Part shown: positions 58,843 through 64,000 of the stretch, in pieces | Numbering within the stretch: position 1 is the first letter of the stretch | How the letters are laid out: each line of letters opens with the position of its first letter | Source of the DNA: Candidatus Marinacidobacterales bacterium | Lineage (GTDB): Bacteria > Acidobacteriota > Vicinamibacteria > Marinacidobacterales > SMYC01 | Assembly (NCBI GenBank): GCA_965224085.1 | Contig: CBDCYI010000005.1 | Coordinates: 160,001-224,000 of the forward strand | Length of the DNA: 64,000 nt | Direction of reading: 5' to 3' | The notes under the pieces: model-generated | The model's database searches: none | What the model was told of the DNA's origin: nothing | Seen by the model: the letters and a program-made list of their open reading frames with translations, nothing else | Program-made: the position numbers and the translations under genes

Positions 58843-60526
58843 GTTCCTGTCCAGAAACACCATAACTTGTGGTGTACGAGAGGCCTATCGAAGATGTGGG
58901 TATTATACGTTTTCAGCCGGCACCTCGTAGGCTCGGAAGCGAATGAAAATCTTGGACGAAACGAGAGGCGAATCGTCAGCAATCCATGGCTATAAACGCA
59001 GTAAGAGTAATCATTATTATCGTAATAGGTGCCTTGCCATTACCAACAGGTTGCAGGTGATGATGGAACTCCATACGTAGGATTTGAAAGAAGGCAATGA
59101 GCGCCATGTGCATCGGTCGAGACCAAAGACTCGTTTCAAGAACGAAATGACGCCTTCGATTCCGCAGCGAAATCGCCGTAGGCGTTGATAGACCCAGGAA
59201 CTCTTGACCATATCGGTCACCGCGAAGTGAGCCTTGGTAAAGGCAACATCTTCAACTCCCTTGCCTTTGATGGCTTCCAAGTTTGCCTTTGAAGAAAACG
59301 CGCCATCGTAGGCAACCTGGCGCGGGGCCCGTTCGTAGAGTTCGACTTGACGGTCGATCATGGTTTCCGCGAGAGTTGAATCGGACGGATTCCCATCCAA
59401 GATCACGCAATCCAAAATCATCGAGGACGAGCCACCAGTCAAACACACCTTGTGACCGTAGAGAGTCTCGCGCCGGTCTTTGCGAATAATGTCGGTGTGT
59501 TCTTCGAAGATCGAAACGACCTTTTCCTCCGCAGGCACACGCTCTTCATCAATCACTCTACGCCGAGTTTGGTTGATGACTTTTTCGGTGAGGACGAGAA
59601 AGTGCTTAAAATCCGTGGCGATCTTCTCCGCACTCGCTCGCTTCACCGGCTCGGTCAAGCCGGACTCGTCCAACTGGTCTGCAACGCGTTGAGCGGAGCG
59701 ATAGGTTTCTTCCGACACCTTCAGTAGATCTCGATAGACGCGACGCCTTTGTTCCTTATCCTTCGCGTTTAGAACTCCCAGTCGACGTCTCTTCGCTCGA
59801 CGCGTTCGATTGCCGAAGACCACTACTGTACCCAGCAGTTCGCGAGTTCGGCACATGAGGCGAGTGAGAACTCGGACGCAGTCATAAAGAAGCTCGGAGT
59901 CCGTAGGAGAATGAATATTCGACTCCACTACCGTGCAGTCCACTCGTACTTTTCTTCCTTTTTCGATCGCGGTCTTCTCGGCAACACTCACCAACTCTCG
60001 GTTGATTTTCTCCAGCGTTTCGAACTTCACGGCTTTGATGTTTGCTGCTAGGGTCGACTTCGACGGGCTCGGCTCTATGATGCCGAGCTGGCAAAACGTC
60101 CGATAGCTTCGAGAGTCTGCCAAGTGAAACGCCAGCTCCCGATAGGTGAACTGATTCAGCTGCTTGACCAACAACGCCCGGAGAACCTGCTCCGCGCTCA
60201 TTCCCCCACGACCAACATCGCTCCCTGCCGATGGGGTGACCGACCTCAGGTCTTGCAGTACCAGCTCATTGAGCTTAGGATGGGCATCGAGCAGCGATGA
60301 TATCGTTTCGAGCTCGCGTGCGTGCTCCAGCTCCAGCCAGGGCTCGCGAAGGCTTGGTTGTGGGTTGATCGTTTTTCGCATTTAGGGCTGGTCTCCTTTG
60401 GAGTTAAGTCGTTTAGAATCTGCGTTTTTGTCGACTCGATACTAAACGACACTCCCTCAGAAGGCTAGCCCTAAATTTGCGATTACCCCTTTTTTCTCAA
60501 CCTCTTACACCTGTCAGGACGGGTAC
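58843..60526 (-). mobile_element. ISNCY-family element with 6-bp TSD TAGTTC
   Basis: IRs GTTCCTGTCCAGA / GTACCCGTCCTGA; TAGTTC at 58837-58842 and 60527-60532. Confidence 0.88.
59017..60381 (-). CDS. ISNCY (IS5-related) DDE transposase
   Basis: RVDCTVVESNIH.PTDS, KVVSIFE.HTDII, YGHK, AYDGAF, FRCGIEGVIS.LKR. Confidence 0.92.
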   Translation of the reverse strand: MRKTINPQPSLREPWLELEHARELETISSLLDAHPKLNELVLQDLRSVTPSAGSDVGRGGMSAEQVLRALLVKQLNQFTYRELAFHLADSRSYRTFCQLGIIEPSPSKSTLAANIKAVKFETLEKINRELVSVAEKTAIEKGRKVRVDCTVVESNIHSPTDSELLYDCVRVLTRLMCRTRELLGTVVVFGNRTRRAKRRRLGVLNAKDKEQRRRVYRDLLKVSEETYRSAQRVADQLDESGLTEPVKRASAEKIATDFKHFLVLTEKVINQTRRRVIDEERVPAEEKVVSIFEEHTDIIRKDRRETLYGHKVCLTGGSSSMILDCVILDGNPSDSTLAETMIDRQVELYERAPRQVAYDGAFSSKANLEAIKGKGVEDVAFTKAHFAVTDMVKSSWVYQRLRRFRCGIEGVISFLKRVFGLDRCTWRSLPSFKSYVWSSIITCNLLVMARHLLR

Positions 60527-60655
60527 TAGTTCGTCTCCTGGAGGATTCATGGCTATCAAAGACCGAGAAGGAAAAGGCCGCGCAAGCGAAGGTGGCACAG
60601 AAGAAGAAGCTCGAGCGAGCGCATTGCAGGACCGAGGCGTCAAGGCGGGGGCGTC

Positions 60656-62224
60656 ATGAGTCGCGCGGCCCGAGTACTACGAGCACTCCTCCTTCTCGGC
60701 GCCGCACCCGTCGTGGGCCCCGTAACGGCCACCGAGCAATCCGGGCCGGAGCTCGCCCGAGCGTACAGGGAGGCCAACGAAGCTTCACTCGTTCGTGACT
60801 TCGCGGAGATGCTCAGCTATCCGAACCGGGCTCATACGCTCGAGATCCATGGGACAGCGGTCTATATCCGCGACCAGATGCGTGCCGTGGGGGTCGATAC
60901 CGGGCTCCTCGAAATCGACGGTGTGTCCCCGCTAATCCTGGGAGAGCTGAAGGTCCCCGGGGCGACACGCACGCTGGGCATCTACGTACACTATGACGGG
61001 CAACCGGCCGACCCCACGAACTGGACACACGACCCGTTCGATCCAACGCTTTACTCGGCTGCTATGGAGGCGGGAGGCGAGCCGATTCCGCTGCCGGAAG
61101 ACGGTCAGGCAGTCGATCCCGAGTGGCGGCTCTACGCCCGCTCCGCGGGCGACGACAAAGCTCCGATCGCAGCGATCCTCCCCGTGTTGCGGTCGTTCAG
61201 AGAGGGCGGTCTGGCACCGACGTCGAGCCTGGTGTTCATGTTCGATGGAGAAGAGGAGGCGGGCTCCAGGAACCTGCGGACGTATATGGAGATGGCGTCA
61301 GAGACGCTCGACGATATCGACATCTGGCTCTTCTTCGACGGCCCGGCCCACCCCAGCGGCCGGCCGCAGATCACCTTCGGAGTCCGTGGCTCCGTCGGCA
61401 TGGAAGTGACGGTGTACGGCGCGACCCGGAACCTCCACTCCGGTCACTACGGCAACTGGGCCCCCGACACCGGGAACGTCCTGGCTCATCTGCTGGCGTC
61501 GATGAAAGACGAGAACGGCAACGTCCTCATCGAGGGATGGTACGACACTGTCGAGCCGATCGGTGAGGAAGAGCGGGCGGCGCTACAGGCGATGCCGGAC
61601 TGGGATACCGAGCTCCGCAGGGAGCTCGGCCTCGTGAAGACTGAGGGCGCGCCACAGTCACTCCCAGAGCGTCTCCTCCATCCGGCGCTCAACGTGCGCG
61701 GCATAACGAGCGGCAATACCGGCTCACTCGCCCGCAACGTGATTCCCAACACGGCCGTTGCCTCGCTCGGGATCCGGATGGTGAAGGGCAATACGTCGGA
61801 GTATATGCGCCAGTGCGTTCTGGATCACATCGAACGGCAGGGCTTCTACGTCGTCGAGGAAGACCCGGACATGGAGACGCGGCTGCGCTATCCACGGATT
61901 GCCAAGGTCACGGGCGGACGAGGTGGGTCGATCGCTGCGCGCACGTCGATGGCGGATCCTTTCGCCCAGAACGTGATGGAGGCCGCCTCGGCAGCTGCCG
62001 ACGGCGCGTTCGGCGAAGGTTCCCTGGTGCTCGCGCCGGGTATGGGCGGTACGCTTCCGCTCTATCTGTTCACGGAGGTCGCGGGCAAGCCGGCGATCGT
62101 CGTGCCGGTCGCCAACCACGACAACAACCAGCACGCGCCCGACGAGAATCTGCGCATCGCGAACCTCTGGTACGCGATCGACCTTTATGCGGCCTTGATG
62201 ACCATGCCGAACACGGTCTTTTAG
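60656..62224 (+). CDS. M20/M25/M40 metallopeptidase, exported
   Basis: HYDGQP, RSAGDDK, GEEEAGS, HSGHYG, NQHAPDEN. Confidence 0.92.
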   Translation: MSRAARVLRALLLLGAAPVVGPVTATEQSGPELARAYREANEASLVRDFAEMLSYPNRAHTLEIHGTAVYIRDQMRAVGVDTGLLEIDGVSPLILGELKVPGATRTLGIYVHYDGQPADPTNWTHDPFDPTLYSAAMEAGGEPIPLPEDGQAVDPEWRLYARSAGDDKAPIAAILPVLRSFREGGLAPTSSLVFMFDGEEEAGSRNLRTYMEMASETLDDIDIWLFFDGPAHPSGRPQITFGVRGSVGMEVTVYGATRNLHSGHYGNWAPDTGNVLAHLLASMKDENGNVLIEGWYDTVEPIGEEERAALQAMPDWDTELRRELGLVKTEGAPQSLPERLLHPALNVRGITSGNTGSLARNVIPNTAVASLGIRMVKGNTSEYMRQCVLDHIERQGFYVVEEDPDMETRLRYPRIAKVTGGRGGSIAARTSMADPFAQNVMEAASAAADGAFGEGSLVLAPGMGGTLPLYLFTEVAGKPAIVVPVANHDNNQHAPDENLRIANLWYAIDLYAALMTMPNTVF

Positions 62225-62482
62225 CTGCCCGAGCGGCCGTCGGAGCTAGCCTGCCCACGGACTGTTAGTGCGTGAGGACACCGTGCGATGCGATCCGCCA
62301 CGCGTTGCCCGCCTTGGTCCACAGAACCTCAATACAGGGGAATGATCGCCCGCAGTTCGAAGTCGAAAAGCTGCGGCGTAGAAGTGAACGGATCGGAGTA
62401 CTTCTGCGTGACGAGGGACCGCCGACTTAAGCATCAGCTTGCCGGTTCGATCAGCAGCAACTCCCTCTGAGTCGGGATGAGC

Positions 62483-63565
62483 TGCCCTGGTGCACAACTC
62501 CGATAGAGGCCGAGAGCTCGCTTGGCCCCGGTTTCCCATCATCCGATCATCTTGCTATCAGGCATCCCGATGGCCGTCATGGCGTTCAGAATCTTGCACC
62601 CGATCCTTGCCTCAACTCTCTGTGCCGCCAACCCTCTCGCTCGCATCGCCGAGCCAACGATCGCCTTGTAGCGATGGAACGTTGTCTCGACTTTGCTCCG
62701 TTTGCTGTAGCCCGATTCTGTGTGCCACTTTCGTTTGCCAAGCCGAGCTCGTGCTGAAATGTTTCGATTGCGCTGTCGGCTGCTCGCCGGCCCCGATGCA
62801 AGGTGGGCGCCTTTTCGTGGCGGGTACCAGCACCTCGGTGAGCGATGAGCGCGGTGACTCTCGAGCGCTTCATAGACGCCGCTGGCGTCGTATGCGGTGT
62901 CAGCTCTGGCCGATGAGATGGGAGTGTCGATCTGTCCGACAAGCGATGCAACCCGCGATGAATCGTGGGCTCTTTTGCTCGTCAGCTCGCCGGCGACGAC
63001 TTCGCCAGTCTGCTCGTCGACACACAGATGGAGCTTTGCGATAATCCCTGCTCTTCGGTGGTCTACGCAGCTGGCCAACATGGACAGCGAGACCGCTGCT
63101 GTCGATCAAGATGTGCAACGGCGTCTTCTGCTTACCTCGGTAGAAGGGGTCCTTGCCCAGCTTCGCCTTGCGCCTCGAGAGCGTGGTGTGATCGGGCACA
63201 TCATTGTCCAGCTTCAACACAGCGAACAACGATCGCAGCAATCCCTCGCTCTGCCTGGATGACAGATGAAACAACATGCCCAGGGTGATAGCCGTCTCGA
63301 TGGCGTGATTGGAGTACTTGCGTTGACGGCCCGGTTTCCTCCTCCTCGGTCGGGGCGCGTCCCAGCCCACAAGCTTGCCGTCGGTGAGCGAGATCCACAC
63401 GGTCAGGCTGCCGCGGTCGCGTAGACTCGCCTCATATTCTCGCCAATTCCTCACCCGATAGGCCTTCTTCACATACTTCTGCTGAGTGCGTTTGAAAACG
63501 CTCATGGGGACCTCGGTTCCGCGACACGACAATTATGGGCCGATCGCGAGTTGTGCACCAAGGCA
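62483..63565 (-). mobile_element. IS5-family (IS903-like) element
   Basis: IRs TGCCCTGGTGCACAACTC / GAGTTGTGCACCAAGGCA; no TSD seen. Confidence 0.85.
62539..63505 (-). pseudogene. IS5 transposase with two frameshifts
   Basis: YRVRNWREYEASLRDRGSLTVW, PDHTTLSRR, IDSSG; KLHLCVD; ADTAYD; SGYSKRSKVET. Confidence 0.88.
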
Positions 63566-63593
63566 GGCCCCGCCTACTATCGGGGGCTTCTGT

Positions 63594-64000
63594 TTAGGGG
63601 GTGGGTGATACTCGGCTGGAAGCGAGATGAACGTGCTCGACAAGGGCCGCGACTTGGTCCACGTTGGTCTGCGGCAAGATGCCGTGGCCGAGATTGAAGA
63701 TGTGGCCCGGCCGCCCCGCGGCCTCAGCGAGCACGGCGTCCGCTTTCGCGAAGAGCACGTCCTGCGGTGCCAGAAGCGCCAGAGGGTCCAAATTGCCTTG
63801 GACGGCGACGTCATGGCCGAGCGCTTCCCAGGTTCGCCCGAGATCGACACGCCAATCCAGGCCGACGACGTCCGCGCTTTCGCACATCGAGCTCAAGATG
63901 CCCGCCGCTCCCGTGCCGAAATGGATGCGAGGCACGCCGCACCCGGCGAGCGCATCGAGGATCCTACGGGTATGCGGAAGTACGAGCTCGCGATAATCTC
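63594..64000 (-). CDS. hemE: Uroporphyrinogen decarboxylase (5' partial)
   Basis: VVGLDW, VQGNLDP, HIFNLGHGILP. Confidence 0.95.
   Translation of the reverse strand, partial: DYRELVLPHTRRILDALAGCGVPRIHFGTGAAGILSSMCESADVVGLDWRVDLGRTWEALGHDVAVQGNLDPLALLAPQDVLFAKADAVLAEAAGRPGHIFNLGHGILPQTNVDQVAALVEHVHLASSRVSPTP

Noticed and set aside
60549-60659. Short ORF with a good RBS before the M20 peptidase
   Set aside because: Possibly a gene remnant, but too short to support a call
1-64000. CRISPR array, tRNA or rRNA genes
   Set aside because: No regularly spaced repeats or RNA gene signatures were seen by eye; a covariance-model scan was not possible

Overview
GC-rich bacterial chromosomal window. 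Gene styles (kinase and sulfatase-like paralogs, CxxxY CcmE) suggest Acidobacteriota/Vicinamibacteria, which is an inference only. No rRNA, tRNA or CRISPR array was seen. From left to right: the end of a LuxR regulator, a DnaA-box-like cluster, an AbiEii-like toxin-antitoxin pair and two internally collapsed mini-genes (0-7 kb). Next is a 9-gene minus-strand operon (7.5-18.8 kb) with a MotA/ExbB-type channel, two Asp-bearing TM-VWA proteins in place of ExbD/MotB, a Ser/Thr kinase, FHA proteins and a PEGA/FGE protein. Then come cardiolipin synthase and a secreted heme-c/PHM-like monooxygenase plus PAL-like lyase operon (20.7-24.1 kb) resembling a split peptide alpha-amidation (PAM) pathway. These are followed by HupE, TauD, an M42 peptidase, a hairpin MITE, Thr-type sulfatase-fold lipoproteins with an ALG6-like GT-C and glycosyltransferases, an IS200, and a ccm operon lacking ccmC/D. 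The last part is a glycan-modification region heavily disrupted by IS256, Mu-like, ISNCY and IS5 elements, then an M20 peptidase and the end of hemE. Several single-base frameshifts may be assembly errors. The best candidates for undescribed systems are the MotA-VWA motor/kinase operon and the PHM-PAL operon. All family assignments are from motif recognition by eye; no searches were run.
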